Below, one piece after another: positions 20,610 through 33,049 of a DNA stretch of 64,000 nt; position 1 is the first letter of the stretch, and each line of letters begins with the position of its first letter. The stretch covers positions 672,001-736,000 of the forward strand of contig CAWGED010000005.1 in NCBI GenBank assembly GCA_963821525.1, read 5' to 3'. Made by a program: the position numbers and the translations under genes. Under the pieces are notes generated by a model, which saw only the letters and a program-made list of their open reading frames with translations, made no database searches and was not told the DNA's origin. The stretch comes from an uncultured Gemmatimonadales bacterium. Its GTDB lineage: Bacteria > Gemmatimonadota > Gemmatimonadetes > Gemmatimonadales > GWC2-71-9.

Positions 20610-21623
20610 TCAGGGTCGCGCGGCGCGCTCCAGTCGATCCTGGATTGCCGCCCACCGAGGTTCGCTCGGAGGACGCTCAACCAGGATCAAATCACATCCT
20701 TCATCATCCAGCCGGTGCAGCACCGAATAGAGGATGCGGGCGGACGCCAGTGGACTTGAGGGGAGGATAATGAGAGGGTCGCCCCCGTTCACCTCTTTGC
20801 TCCAGGCCATCACCCCTACCCGCTTCCCCTGCGCCTTGGCCTGCCGGATCTGGGCTTCAACGGCGCCTCGCTCGGCAGTCTCGAATAGCCGGAGCGGGGT
20901 TTTCGGGGCGTAGTGCCGGTCCAACATTCCGGGAGAAGGCAGGGCAGCATCCGGACCGGCCGTGGAGAAGGTCCTGAGCGGGCCCACGACCTCTGCCAAT
21001 TGCTCAGAAGAGATGACTCCGGGGCGAAGGAGAGTCGCGTTGTCTCCGCTCACATCCACGACGGTGGATTCGATTCCGATATCGGTAGGACCGGCATCGA
21101 GTATCAGGGGGACGCGGTCTCCCAGGCTCCGTGCGACGTGCTGCGCGGTGGTCGGCGAGACCTCGCCCGAGCGGTTGGCGCTCGGTGCGGCGATCGGCAG
21201 CTCCACGGCGGAGAGCAGGGCAAAGGTCACCGGATGATTGGGCACTCGGATCCCGACTGTAGGAAGGCCCGCGGTAACCAAATCAGGAACGTTGGCTGCC
21301 TTGGGAAGTACCAGCGTAAGCGGCCCAGGCCAGAACGTCCGCGCGAGACGTTCGGCGGACTCCGACCATCGTGGCGTGAGTGCTCGCGCCGCCTCGACGA
21401 GGGCGACATGCACGATGAGAGGATTGTGAGAGGGTCTCCCCTTCGCTTCGAAGATGCGACGGACCGCCGCTTCTTCGAGCGCATTGGCGCCGAGCCCGTA
21501 GACCGTTTCGGTGGGGAAGGCAACGAGCTCGCCGCGGCGTAAGAGGTCGGCCGCCTGGGAAATGGCCAGCGGATCCGGCGCCTTCGGATCAACCGCGATG
21601 ATGTTGCCGCCGCTATTCATCAT
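20610..21623 (-). CDS. sua5: L-threonylcarbamoyladenylate synthase (Sua5 type)
   Basis: VAFPTETVYGLGANA, KGRPSHNPLIVH, APSANRSG, SPGMLDRHYAP, C-terminal Sua5 domain. Confidence 0.95.
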   Translation of the reverse strand: MMNSGGNIIAVDPKAPDPLAISQAADLLRRGELVAFPTETVYGLGANALEEAAVRRIFEAKGRPSHNPLIVHVALVEAARALTPRWSESAERLARTFWPGPLTLVLPKAANVPDLVTAGLPTVGIRVPNHPVTFALLSAVELPIAAPSANRSGEVSPTTAQHVARSLGDRVPLILDAGPTDIGIESTVVDVSGDNATLLRPGVISSEQLAEVVGPLRTFSTAGPDAALPSPGMLDRHYAPKTPLRLFETAERGAVEAQIRQAKAQGKRVGVMAWSKEVNGGDPLIILPSSPLASARILYSVLHRLDDEGCDLILVERPPSEPRWAAIQDRLERAARP

Positions 21624-22053
21624 GACTGGGCGGACGCCGCTGGCGCTTGGTTTCTCCCCGTTGCCGTTTGCCTTGGAGGCGCTGCTCCTTCGAGGCCTTG
21701 GTCGGACGGGTCCGCTTCCGTGGCTTGACCTCCCTCAGCGCGGCGGCCAGGACGCTGCGAAACCGCTCGATCACTTCGGCGCGATTCTGCGCCTGGCTTC
21801 GGCTGCCGCTGGAGACGAGACGCAGAAGGCGGCCCTCGTCAACCAAACGAGAGGCAAGCCGGCTCGCAGCTCTGGCGCGAGACTCGTCGTCGAGACTGGG
21901 ACTCGCTGCCAGATCCCACCAAAGCTCGATTCTGGTCGAGCTGGTGTTCACGTGCTGTCCCCCCGGCCCTCCGGAGCGCGAGGCGCTGAAGGACAGCTCG
22001 CTTAGGGGGATGCTGACTCGATCGTTGATTTCCAGCTGCTGTGGTTGGGTCAT
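21613..22053 (-). CDS. arfB: alternative ribosome rescue peptidyl-tRNA hydrolase ArfB
   Basis: SRSGGPGGQHVNTS, RSQAQNR, basic tail RKRTRPTKASKEQRL. Confidence 0.93.
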   Translation of the reverse strand: MTQPQQLEINDRVSIPLSELSFSASRSGGPGGQHVNTSSTRIELWWDLAASPSLDDESRARAASRLASRLVDEGRLLRLVSSGSRSQAQNRAEVIERFRSVLAAALREVKPRKRTRPTKASKEQRLQGKRQRGETKRQRRPPSHDE

Positions 22054-22185
22054 GTCAGCCGTCAGCCGTTAGCCGTCAGCCATCAGCGAGAAGCCATAAG
22101 CCGTAAGCCGTAAGCCTTAAGCTTAAGGCCTACGGCTTAAGGCTTATAGCTGACGGCTGATGGCTGATGGCTGACGGCTTATGGC
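22054..22185. repeat. inverted array of heptamer tandem repeats
   Basis: GTCAGCC/GTAAGCC-like units, a central palindrome GCCTTAAGCTTAAGGC (22114-22129), then reverse-complement units TTAAGGC/TGACGGC/TGATGGC. Confidence 0.9.
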
Positions 22186-22217
22186 GTCTTCCCCGTCAAC
22201 CCTAGTACGTTACCGCC

Positions 22218-23027
22218 ATGGTGGATCTCTCGTCGCTGACCAGTCATTTCCAGAGTCTGGGCCGAGTGCTGCTGGGGTACTCGGGGGGTGTCGACTCGGC
22301 ACTGCTTGCGGTGGCCGGTGCGCGTGCGGTGGGGCCGGACCGCTTCCTCGCCGTGATCGGTCGGAGCCCGTCCTATCCCGCCGTGCAGTACGCCGCCGCG
22401 ATTCGAGTCGCTCGAGAGTTCGAAGTGCCGCTCCTCGAGGTCGCGACCGACGAGATGGAAGATCCCGAATACGTCGCCAACCCGACCAATCGCTGCTACT
22501 TCTGCAAACAGGAGCTGTGGGGCCGGCTCCGGGTGATTGCGACCACCCGTGGCTTCGACACGATTATCGATGGGACCAACGCCGACGACCTCGGAGAGCA
22601 TCGTCCTGGCATGGGCGCGGCTCGCGAGCATGAGATCCGCTCACCGCTGGCGGAGCTTGGTTGGTCGAAGCCGATGATTCGTGAAGCCGCGCAGACGTTG
22701 GGCATTCCGGTGTGGGATGCTCCCGCCGCCCCCTGCCTCTCCAGTCGGGTGATGTACGGATTGCCGGTGACCGTCGAACGGTTACGCCAGGTCGAAGCCG
22801 GTGAGGCGCTGCTTCGGGAGATCGGGGTATCGGGCGACCTGCGGGCCCGCCATCATGGCGATCACGTCCGAATCGAGGTGCATCCGGAACAAATCCCCCT
22901 GGTTGAGCGTAGCTGGCCTCGAGTCCTCTCGGGCTTCCAGGCGCTCGGCATCGCCGATGTGCGGTTGGATCCGAGAGGCTACCGCCGTGGCGGGTTGCTG
23001 ACCGAACTGCCGGTGCTGAGCGGATGA
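22218..23027 (+). CDS. larE: ATP-dependent sacrificial sulfur transferase LarE family
   Basis: YSGGVDS PP-loop, NRCYFCK, DGTNADD, RPG, CLSSR. Confidence 0.9.
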   Translation: MVDLSSLTSHFQSLGRVLLGYSGGVDSALLAVAGARAVGPDRFLAVIGRSPSYPAVQYAAAIRVAREFEVPLLEVATDEMEDPEYVANPTNRCYFCKQELWGRLRVIATTRGFDTIIDGTNADDLGEHRPGMGAAREHEIRSPLAELGWSKPMIREAAQTLGIPVWDAPAAPCLSSRVMYGLPVTVERLRQVEAGEALLREIGVSGDLRARHHGDHVRIEVHPEQIPLVERSWPRVLSGFQALGIADVRLDPRGYRRGGLLTELPVLSG

Positions 23028-23579
23028 GGCTGTTTGTGGCGCTCCCAGTTCCTCGTGCAGCGCAGCAGGCGATCGGAGATCTGATCAAGGACTTCGCAGT
23101 GCCCGAATCGCCGGTGCGCTGGGTGCGAGAGGAGGGGTTGCACCTCACCCTCAAGTTTTTCGGCGAGGTTGAGGAGTCGAGAGTCTCCGAGATCTCAACC
23201 GCACTGGGTCGCACCACGGCCGGCATGTCGCCACTCACGGTGACGGCAAACGAGGTGAACGGTTTCCCCGCGCTGGAACGGGCCCGGGTGTTCTGGATCG
23301 GACTCGACGCTCCACCCGCTCTCGAACTGCTCGCCCATCGAGTGGAGCAGGAATGCGAGGCGCTGGGATTTCCCGGCGAGGCGAGAGTCTTTCATCCCCA
23401 CGTTACCCTTGGCCGAGTCAAGGACGGAGCCCGTCTCGACCGCTTTTCCCTCAGGCGACTCGCCACAACTCCGCCCTTCAATTCCCTTCGTGCTCGACGC
23501 GATGGTTCTGTTTGCCAGCCGGCTTGGGCCGGGAGGCGCGGTTCACACTCCGCTGGCGAACTTTCCCCTGTCCCACTAG
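23024..23579 (+). CDS. thpR: RNA 2',3'-cyclic phosphodiesterase (frameshift near 23485)
   Basis: MRLFVA, HLTLKF, HVTLGR; C-terminus in another frame (VLFASRLGPGGAVHTPLANFPLSH*). Confidence 0.88.
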
Positions 23580-23585
23580 GCCACC

Positions 23586-24215
23586 GTGCGATTCCTGTTT
23601 CGCATTCTCGGAATTCTGATTCTTGCCGCGCTGGTGAGCGCAGCCTGGCTCTTCCGCTCAGACCTCATGAGAATTGCTCGGCCGGAGGCGCAGACCGAGG
23701 AGTCGGACGGGATGGGCGTTGCCCGTCCCAGCGCCAAGGCGCTGGCCAAGGCCCGGGACCGAGTCGATTCTTTGCATGGCTGGAAGGCCGATTCGGTCAT
23801 CCTGAGCCCGGGCGAGCTTGCTTCGCTCGTGACCGCGGGACTGCCTGCCGAGGCCCGCTCCCATATCGACAGCCTCGGCGTCACCCTCGGCGAGAATCGT
23901 CTCGAGCTGCACGGCCGGCTCGACACCAAGGTCCTCCCGAAGGACCAACTGGGTCCCTTCGCCAGCATGCTGAATCCGTGGGAGCCGGTAGCCGCGGCCG
24001 GACCCGTCTCCGTGCCCAAGCCGGGATTTGCCGACTGGACCGTCGAACAAATCACCATCAGGGGAATTACGCTTCCTCAGTCGATTTCGCAGAACATCGC
24101 CCAGCGGATATTCGCCACACGTGATAGCCGGATTCGAATACCTTTACCGGCGGGCATCGGCGGTCTCAGGATCCAGCCTGACAAGGCCATCCTCTACCCG
24201 GCGCAGAAGCAATGA
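23586..24215 (+). CDS. hypothetical membrane-anchored protein
   Basis: 209-aa ORF with N-terminal transmembrane helix, coupled to its neighbours. Confidence 0.75.
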   Translation: MRFLFRILGILILAALVSAAWLFRSDLMRIARPEAQTEESDGMGVARPSAKALAKARDRVDSLHGWKADSVILSPGELASLVTAGLPAEARSHIDSLGVTLGENRLELHGRLDTKVLPKDQLGPFASMLNPWEPVAAAGPVSVPKPGFADWTVEQITIRGITLPQSISQNIAQRIFATRDSRIRIPLPAGIGGLRIQPDKAILYPAQKQ

Positions 24216-25586
24216 CCCAGCGCATTCTGGTGATTGACGACGAACCCGGTATCCGCGAGGCCCTGAAACAGGTCCTGGAGTACGAGGGCCACACGGTCGC
24301 GTAGCGCGGGCTCCGGCGGCGAGGCAATCACGGTCTACCCCGAGTTCCGCCCCCACCTGGTGTTTCTCGACGTAAAAATGGCGGGACTCGACGGGCTGGA
24401 GACCCTGACCCGGCTCCGCGAGCTGGATCCCGGCGCGACGGTCGTGATGATCTCGGGCCACGGGACCATCTCGACCGCGGTGCAGGCGACCCAGCGTGGC
24501 GCCTTCGATTTCCTCGAGAAACCGCTCGATACCGACCGTTTGCTGGTGACGGTGCGCAACGCGCTCGACCAGTCCGCCCTCGCGGGGGAGAATCGCCGCC
24601 TGCGCGGAGCGGAGGACGCCCGCCATGCAATGGTCGGAGACAGTCCCTCCCTCAAGGAGGTGCGTGCCCTGATCGATCGGGTCGGCCCGACACCCGCGCG
24701 GGTTCTCATCACCGGAGAAAACGGAACCGGCAAGGAGCTGGTCGCCCGGGCGATCCATGAAGCCTCACCGCGGAAGCGAAAGGCCTTCGTCGAGGTGAAC
24801 TGCGCCGCGATTCCTTCGGAGTTGATCGAAAGCGAGCTCTTCGGCCATATGAAGGGCTCCTTCACCGGCGCCGTTACCGACAGGGAAGGGAAGTTCGAGC
24901 TGGCGGATGAAGGCACCCTCTTCCTGGACGAGATCGGAGACATGGCTCTCGTCGGCCCAGGCCAAGGTGCTGCGGGCGCTGCAGGAAGGGATCGTCACCC
25001 GGATCGGCGGGTCCAAGTCGATCGAGGTGGACGTTCGGGTCATCGCCGCGACCAACAAGGATCTCGCCGAGGAAATTGCCGCGGGCCGCTTCCGCGACGA
25101 TCTGTTTTATCGGCTCAACGTGGTCCCCATTCGCGTCCCACCGCTGGCGCGACGCGCCGGGAAGACATTCCGGCGCTGGTGCAGCATTTCGCCCAACAGC
25201 TCGCGGCGAACGGAGGCGTGCCAGGTCGCCGCTTCGAGGAGACCGCGGTCCAGCGGCTCCAGACACGGCAATGGCCCGGCAACGTGCGCGAGCTGCGCAA
25301 TGCGGTGGAGCGACTGCTGATCCTGGCGCCGGGCAAGACGGTGACTGCGGCCGATGTGAGCCGTCTGCTGGGCGACACCACGGTCAGCGAAGTGGTCGAA
25401 GCGGCGGGTGCGCCTCCGGACGGTACCTTCGAGGCCTTCAAGCACGAGGCGGAGCGGTCGTTCCTCGCCAGCAAACTTCGCGAGCACGACTGGAACGTGT
25501 CGGAGACCGCGCGTTCGCTCGAAATGCCGCGCTCCAATCTCTACAAGAAGATCGAGCGCTACGGGCTGAGCCGGGAGACTCCATGA
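24212..25586 (+). CDS. NtrX-like sigma-54 family response regulator (frameshifted)
   Basis: [68 protein letters not shown]. Confidence 0.88.
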
Positions 25587-26011
25587 GCGACCAGCCCCGG
25601 GACTGGGACAAGGAGCTGGCGGCGATCGACAAGGCCATGACGCGCGGCCCGGCGCCGTCGGCCGGGGCGCCGGTCGGCGACCAAGGGTTCCCGCGTCGCC
25701 CGCGGCGGTGCCGCAAGCGCGCCGCGGTCGCCACCTGGCTCCGGGTCTTGCTGGGGTTGACCTTGGCCGGGGCGATGACCCAGTGGCCGTATGCCCATCA
25801 GTGTGGGGTCGGGCTCTATTTCTATCTGGCTGCGGCATTCACCGTGGTCGTGGCCGGAGTGTGGAGCGGCATCTCGTCCTGGTACCGCCGGCTCGGCTGG
25901 GCTCATACGCTCTCTCTGTTGGTCGTGCTATGGGGCATCTTCCTCGCGAGCCAGCAGATCCTGCCCCGCGTCGGCTACGCCAAGCACCTCGCCTACTGGG
26001 TCTGTTCCTGA
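25583..26011 (+). CDS. hypothetical membrane protein
   Basis: [19 protein letters not shown] followed by three hydrophobic segments; ATGA overlap with upstream gene. Confidence 0.7.
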   Translation: MSDQPRDWDKELAAIDKAMTRGPAPSAGAPVGDQGFPRRPRRCRKRAAVATWLRVLLGLTLAGAMTQWPYAHQCGVGLYFYLAAAFTVVVAGVWSGISSWYRRLGWAHTLSLLVVLWGIFLASQQILPRVGYAKHLAYWVCS

Positions 26012-26020
26012 CCTTCCCGA

Positions 26021-27558
26021 ATGCCAACCACATTTAAGAACTTCATTGGCGGGAAATGGGTGCCGCCGCTTTCCGGGACGCATTTCGAGAACCGGAACCC
26101 GCGGACACTTCCGATCTCATCGGCCGGTTTCCCGATTCGGGTCCGGAAGACGTCGCCGCCGCGGTGCGTTCCGCCCGTCGCGGATTCGAGGCGTGGAGGG
26201 CCGTGCCGCCTCCAGCGAGGGGCGATCTGCTGCGCGGGCTGGGCGACCTGCTCGCCGGGAAGAAGGAAGAGCTTGCCGCCGGCATGACTCGCGAGATGGG
26301 CAAGGTGCTGTCGGAAACCCGGGGCGACGTGCAGGAAGGGATCGACACGGCCTACTACGCCGCCGGTGAGGGGCGTCGCCTCTTCGGACGGACCGTCCCC
26401 TCCGAGCTGCGCAGCAAGTGGGCCATGAGCTATCGCCGGCCGATCGGTATCGCGGGCCTGGTCACGCCATTCAATTTTCCGATGGCGATCCCCACCTGGA
26501 AAATGTTTCCCGCGTTGCTGTGTGGAAACAGCGTGGTGCTGAAGCCCTCGGAAGACGTCCCTCACAGTGCACACCGCTTAGTCGAGCTCCCCCTCGAGGC
26601 GGGGTTCCCGCCCGAAGTGATCCAGCTGGTGCACGGACGTGGCGAAGTCGCGGGTCGGGCGCTGGTGGAGCATCCCGACGTTCCGCTCATCTCCTTCACC
26701 GGTTCCACTGCGACCGGCTCGACCATCGCCGAGGCCGGCGGGCGGATGCACAAGCGAGTCTCGCTGGAAATGGGCGGCAAGAACGCGATGATCGTGATGG
26801 ACGACGCCGACCTCGACCTGGCGCTCGAGGGCGTGCTCTGGGGTGCCTTCGGCACGACCGGGCAACGGTGCACCGCAACCAGCCGTCTTATCCTGCACCG
26901 GAAGATTCACGACCGGTTCGTTGCGAATCTTGTCTCGGCGGCTGGAGCGCTGCGACTGGGGGATGGCCGCAAGCGGGGGACGGAAGTCGGCCCCCTGATT
27001 CACGAGGCTTCGCGGGACAAGGTCGAGCGCTACGTCGCAATCGGCCTCGAAGAGGGCGCCGAGCTTGTCCAGGGCGGCTCGCGGCCGCGGGGTGCGAGGC
27101 TAAATCGTGGTTGGTTCTACCAGCCGACCGTGTTCACCGGGGTAAAGCCAGGCAGCCGGCTGGAGCAGGAAGAAATTTTCGGGCCGGTGCTGGCTGTCAT
27201 CCGGGTCGGCTCTCTGGACGAGGCGATCCAGATCAACAACGGGGTGCGGTACGGGCTGTCCAGCTCGATCTACACCCGCAATGTGAACGCCGCATTCCGG
27301 GCACTCCAGGAACTGGACAACGGAATCACCTATGTGAACGCACCCACGATCGGAGCAGAGGCCCACCTGCCGTTCGGAGGCGTCAAGCAGACCGGCAATG
27401 GCCATCGCGAAGGAGGCTGGGAGGTGTTCGAGTTCTACTCCGAGACCAAGGTCGGCTATGCGGATTTTTCCGGTACACTGCAGCGCGCGCAGATCGACAA
27501 CTATGAAGATCTGAATATGCGGTCTGCCCCGCTTGCGCCTCCGATAGCGCGGGGCTAA
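26021..27558 (+). CDS. aldehyde dehydrogenase family protein (frameshift near 26100)
   Basis: [49 protein letters not shown]. Confidence 0.92.
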
Positions 27559-27604
27559 GGTTCTCAAGTCATCCCTCCCTCTGCCCGCCCCGAGGTCGAG
27601 TCTG

Positions 27605-28477
27605 ATGCGCCCAATGCGAGTCGGCACCGGCAAGCGAGGCCACTCATTCGATGAAGGTTCGCTGGACCAGTATCTCCGGGAGATCAGCCAGTACCCGCTG
27701 ATCCCGCAGGAGGAAGAGGTCACGCTCGCCCAGCGAATCCGCATCGGGGACGAGGAGGCGCTCGACAAGCTGGTCCGCAGCAATCTCCGCTTCGTGGTCT
27801 CGGTCGCCAAGAAATACCAGAATCAGGGCGTCTCCCTCGCCGACCTCATCAACGAGGGCAACCTCGGCCTGATCCGCGCGGCGCACAAGTTCGACGAGAC
27901 CAAGGGCATCAAGTTCATTTCCTACGCCGTCTGGTGGATCCGGCAGGCCATTCTGCAGGCCCTGGCCGAGCAGAGCCGGATCGTGCGGGTTCCGCTCAAC
28001 CGGGCCGGCACCCTGCATCGAATCGGCAAGCGGTCCTCCGCACTGCTCCAGGAGCTGGGCCGGGAGCCCACCCCGTCCGAGATCGCCGAGGGAATGGACA
28101 TCTCGATGGAGGAGGTGCAGAAAACCCTCTCCATCTCCCAGAATCACCTGTCCCTCGACGCGCCGCTCACTCCGGGCGAAGACAACAAGCTGCTCGACTA
28201 TCTCCCCGACACCCAGAATCCGGGCCCCGATGCCGACACCTTCGAGCACGCCCTGAGCGAATCGATCGAGGAGGTGCTGGGCACTCTGAAGGAACGGGAG
28301 GCCAAGATCCTGCGGCTCTACTTCGGCCTCGATGGCCCCGAGCCGATGACCCTGGAGGAAATCGGCAGCCTGCTGGGCATCACCCGTGAACGGGTCCGGC
28401 AGATCAAGGAGAAGGCCCTTAGCCGGCTGCGGCACGTCAGCCGAGCGAGAGCGCTGGAGAGCTTCTTGGCCAAGTGA
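27605..28477 (+). CDS. RNA polymerase sigma-70 factor, RpoD/SigA family lacking region 1.1
   Basis: LDQYLREI, NLRFVVSVAKKY, DLINEGNLGL, KFISYAVWWIRQAI, TLEEIG..TRERVRQI. Confidence 0.93.
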   Translation: MRPMRVGTGKRGHSFDEGSLDQYLREISQYPLIPQEEEVTLAQRIRIGDEEALDKLVRSNLRFVVSVAKKYQNQGVSLADLINEGNLGLIRAAHKFDETKGIKFISYAVWWIRQAILQALAEQSRIVRVPLNRAGTLHRIGKRSSALLQELGREPTPSEIAEGMDISMEEVQKTLSISQNHLSLDAPLTPGEDNKLLDYLPDTQNPGPDADTFEHALSESIEEVLGTLKEREAKILRLYFGLDGPEPMTLEEIGSLLGITRERVRQIKEKALSRLRHVSRARALESFLAK

Positions 28478-28602
28478 TGGCCGAATGGCGGAATCAGATG
28501 AACTCGCGCCATTGAAGAGCGTGATCGCTGCTTCTCTAGTGCTCTGATCGTCCTACTAGCCTCGCCAATCTGCCATTCCGCAAATCTGCAATTCCCATTC
28601 CC
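28476..28602. repeat. degenerate inverted octamer array
   Basis: ATGGCCGA ATGGCGGA on the left; CTCGCCAA TCTGCCAT TCCGCAAA TCTGCAAT on the right. Confidence 0.55.
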
Positions 28603-29642
28603 TCTCCCAACGCCTCCCGCAGCACCCTCTCCACCCCATCCCACTCTGTAAGAAACGCGTCGTGTCCGTAGGGTGAGTTGATCTCCCGATAACGGGCGTC
28701 GACTCCAGCCGCGGCGTAGGCTGCGACCCACTGCTCCACTTCGGCGGGGTAGTAGAGGATGTCGGTATCGATGCCGACGCCAATCAGCCGGTTGACCCGA
28801 AGCCGTGTCTCTTCGGCGGCAACGCCTGTGTCTCCCACATCATGGAGATCCATGCTCCGCATCAGGCTGACATAGCTGGCAGCGTCGAATCGCGCGACCA
28901 GCTTGTCCCCCTGGCGCCGCAGGTAATACTCCGCATCGAACTGTCCTGCCCGGCGAGTCTGCCGGCGCCCGAAGCGGGTTTCGAACTCGATCGCGCTCCG
29001 GTAGGTGATCATCGCGATTGCCCGGGCGGCGGCGAGACCGGCCGCCGGCCCTTCGCCCGGCGGGTAACGCCCTCCCTGCCAGCGGGGATCGGCTTCGATG
29101 GCGAGCCGCTGCGCGGCATTCCACCCAATGGCCTGGGCCGAAGTCCTCGCAGGCGCGGCAAAGACCACGACACTCTCGGTAGGCACCGTGGCCAGCCTGG
29201 CCCACTGGAGCGCCACCATGCCGCCCAGCGAACCACCGGTGGCCAGGGCGAGCCGGGTGATGCCCAACTCCTCGAGCAACTGGCCGTGGGCCCGGGCGAG
29301 GTCCCCCGTGGTGAGATCCGGAAAATGTTCCGCGCTCGGATCTCCCGGAGCCGGACCACTCGAGCCGTAGCAGCCACCAAGCAGATTGGCCGCGAGTATC
29401 GGGCGTCGGGCAGGATCCAGCGGCTTGCCCGGCTCGAGAAGCGGCTCCCACCACTGGTGTACTTCATGGCTTCCGGTCAACGCGTGGAACACGAGCACCC
29501 AACCTCGCTCGGCTCCCAGCTCAGGATCGCCATAGGTGCGGTAGCGCAGCCTGGCCTGGCGAATGACTCCGCCACGTTCGGTTCGGAAATCTCCCAGCTG
29601 AAGATCGCGGACTGGCGCGACGGGGGCAGGGGAAAGCGTCAT
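28536..29642 (-). CDS. metX: homoserine O-acetyltransferase
   Basis: [24 protein letters not shown] nucleophile elbow, [24 protein letters not shown]; own RBS (GGAAGGAGC) before ATG 29642. Confidence 0.9.
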   Translation of the reverse strand: MTLSPAPVAPVRDLQLGDFRTERGGVIRQARLRYRTYGDPELGAERGWVLVFHALTGSHEVHQWWEPLLEPGKPLDPARRPILAANLLGGCYGSSGPAPGDPSAEHFPDLTTGDLARAHGQLLEELGITRLALATGGSLGGMVALQWARLATVPTESVVVFAAPARTSAQAIGWNAAQRLAIEADPRWQGGRYPPGEGPAAGLAAARAIAMITYRSAIEFETRFGRRQTRRAGQFDAEYYLRRQGDKLVARFDAASYVSLMRSMDLHDVGDTGVAAEETRLRVNRLIGVGIDTDILYYPAEVEQWVAAYAAAGVDARYREINSPYGHDAFLTEWDGVERVLREALGEGMGIADLRNGRLARLVGRSEH

Positions 29643-29691
29643 GCTCCTTCCGCCTTCCTCGACACGCCAGCCGCGGGACATCGTCCGGGCG

Positions 29692-30209
29692 TCACCGCGT
29701 GCTCCCCGCCGTTTCGGCGACATCACTTCCGAGAGTTGTCCGGTCTTCACGTCGTAGACGAATCCCCGGATCTCGGTATCGGGCGCAATGAGGGGACTCC
29801 TGCGCAGAAACTCGACGTCATCCCGGACGCTCTTGTGGAGGTCGGGGAAGGGGAGAAAGTCGATCCCACTCGCGTCCGAACCGAGGTCCTTCTCGACCTT
29901 CTTGTAAAGGTCGTCATTGGCGAAGGTGAGCATGCCGCACTCGGTGTGATGCACTACGGTGATCGCCGTGGTACCCAAGAGCCGCTGCGAGATCACAAGG
30001 GAGCGGATCGCATCCTGAGCTCTCCCGCCGGCATTCCGAATCACATGCGCATCACCTTCGGAGAGGCCGAACGCCGTGGCTGGGTCGAGCCTGGCATCCA
30101 TGCAGGTGACGATCGCGAGGTGCCGGGACGGGGGTAGGGGCAGCAGCACCGGGGCTCGCTCACCCGAGTAGCGCCGATTTTTCTTGAGGACTTCATCGAT
30201 CTCCGACAT
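29692..30209 (-). CDS. beta-class carbonic anhydrase, clade D (Rv1284/COS hydrolase-like)
   Basis: [46 protein letters not shown]. Runs in frame into metX in this sequence; a stop at 29692 would be reached by restoring one base. Confidence 0.88.
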
Positions 30210-30240
30210 GGCTAACCTCCCTGGAGCTCTCCGCTCCTTG

Positions 30241-32691
<2,451 letters not shown>

Positions 32692-32799
32692 CTATGGGTA
32701 CGCGACTACCCCGATCCGACGCATGCCGAGAACACGGCCCACCCTGAGGGGTGGACACATGCACATGATTCGACAACACATCGGGGAACGCGCGCTCAT
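32692..32799 (-). CDS. putative Met/Cys-rich attenuation leader peptide (35 aa)
   Basis: MSARSPMCCRIMCMCPPLRVGRVLGMRRIGVVAYP*; core codons ATG TGT TGT CGA ATC ATG TGC ATG TGT; GGAGGGG upstream; lies directly before the terminator. Confidence 0.7.
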   Translation of the reverse strand: MSARSPMCCRIMCMCPPLRVGRVLGMRRIGVVAYP

Positions 32800-32862
32800 T
32801 TGCCGGTACGACCCCTCCGAAATGAAAATCCCTGCCGATCTGAGCGCAGGGAATGACTACCC

Positions 32863-32930
32863 GGCGCTTTAGCTCTTTGGTTCGGGGACGATCCCCCGGC
32901 GGGAGCAAGTTGCCATAAATCCGTCCGCCG
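32863..32930 (-). ncRNA. SAM-II-like riboswitch (long-loop variant)
   Basis: CGGCGG-AC-GGAUUUAUGGCAACUUGCUC-CCGCCG-[GGGGAUCGUCCCC hairpin]-GAACCAAAGAGCUAAAGCGCC has the SAM-II hallmarks GAUUU, UUGC and AGCUAAA; upstream of met genes. Confidence 0.75.
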
Positions 32931-32937
32931 TGAAATC

Positions 32938-32966
32938 AACCTATGATTCTTCGGGAATCCTGTCAA
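32938..32966 (-). promoter_or_regulatory. sigma-70 promoter of the met leader
   Basis: TTGACA-17 nt-TAGGTT; predicted start site falls just before riboswitch helix P1. Confidence 0.7.
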
Positions 32967-33049
32967 GCGAGCACTTTGGGATGATTTGCGTAGGAGGCCG
33001 GACTACATTTCACCCCGAAACCGAAATCATCTCACATCCAAATCCCACG

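Noticed and set aside
22054..22185. CRISPR array
   Set aside because: Units are 7 bp with no unique spacers, and no cas genes are present in the window.
28536..30209. 557-aa carbonic anhydrase-MetX fusion ORF
   Set aside because: metX has its own RBS and ATG at 29642, the linker is not protein-like, and restoring one base gives the CA a natural stop at 29692. Probably an indel artefact, though reads are needed to exclude a real fusion.
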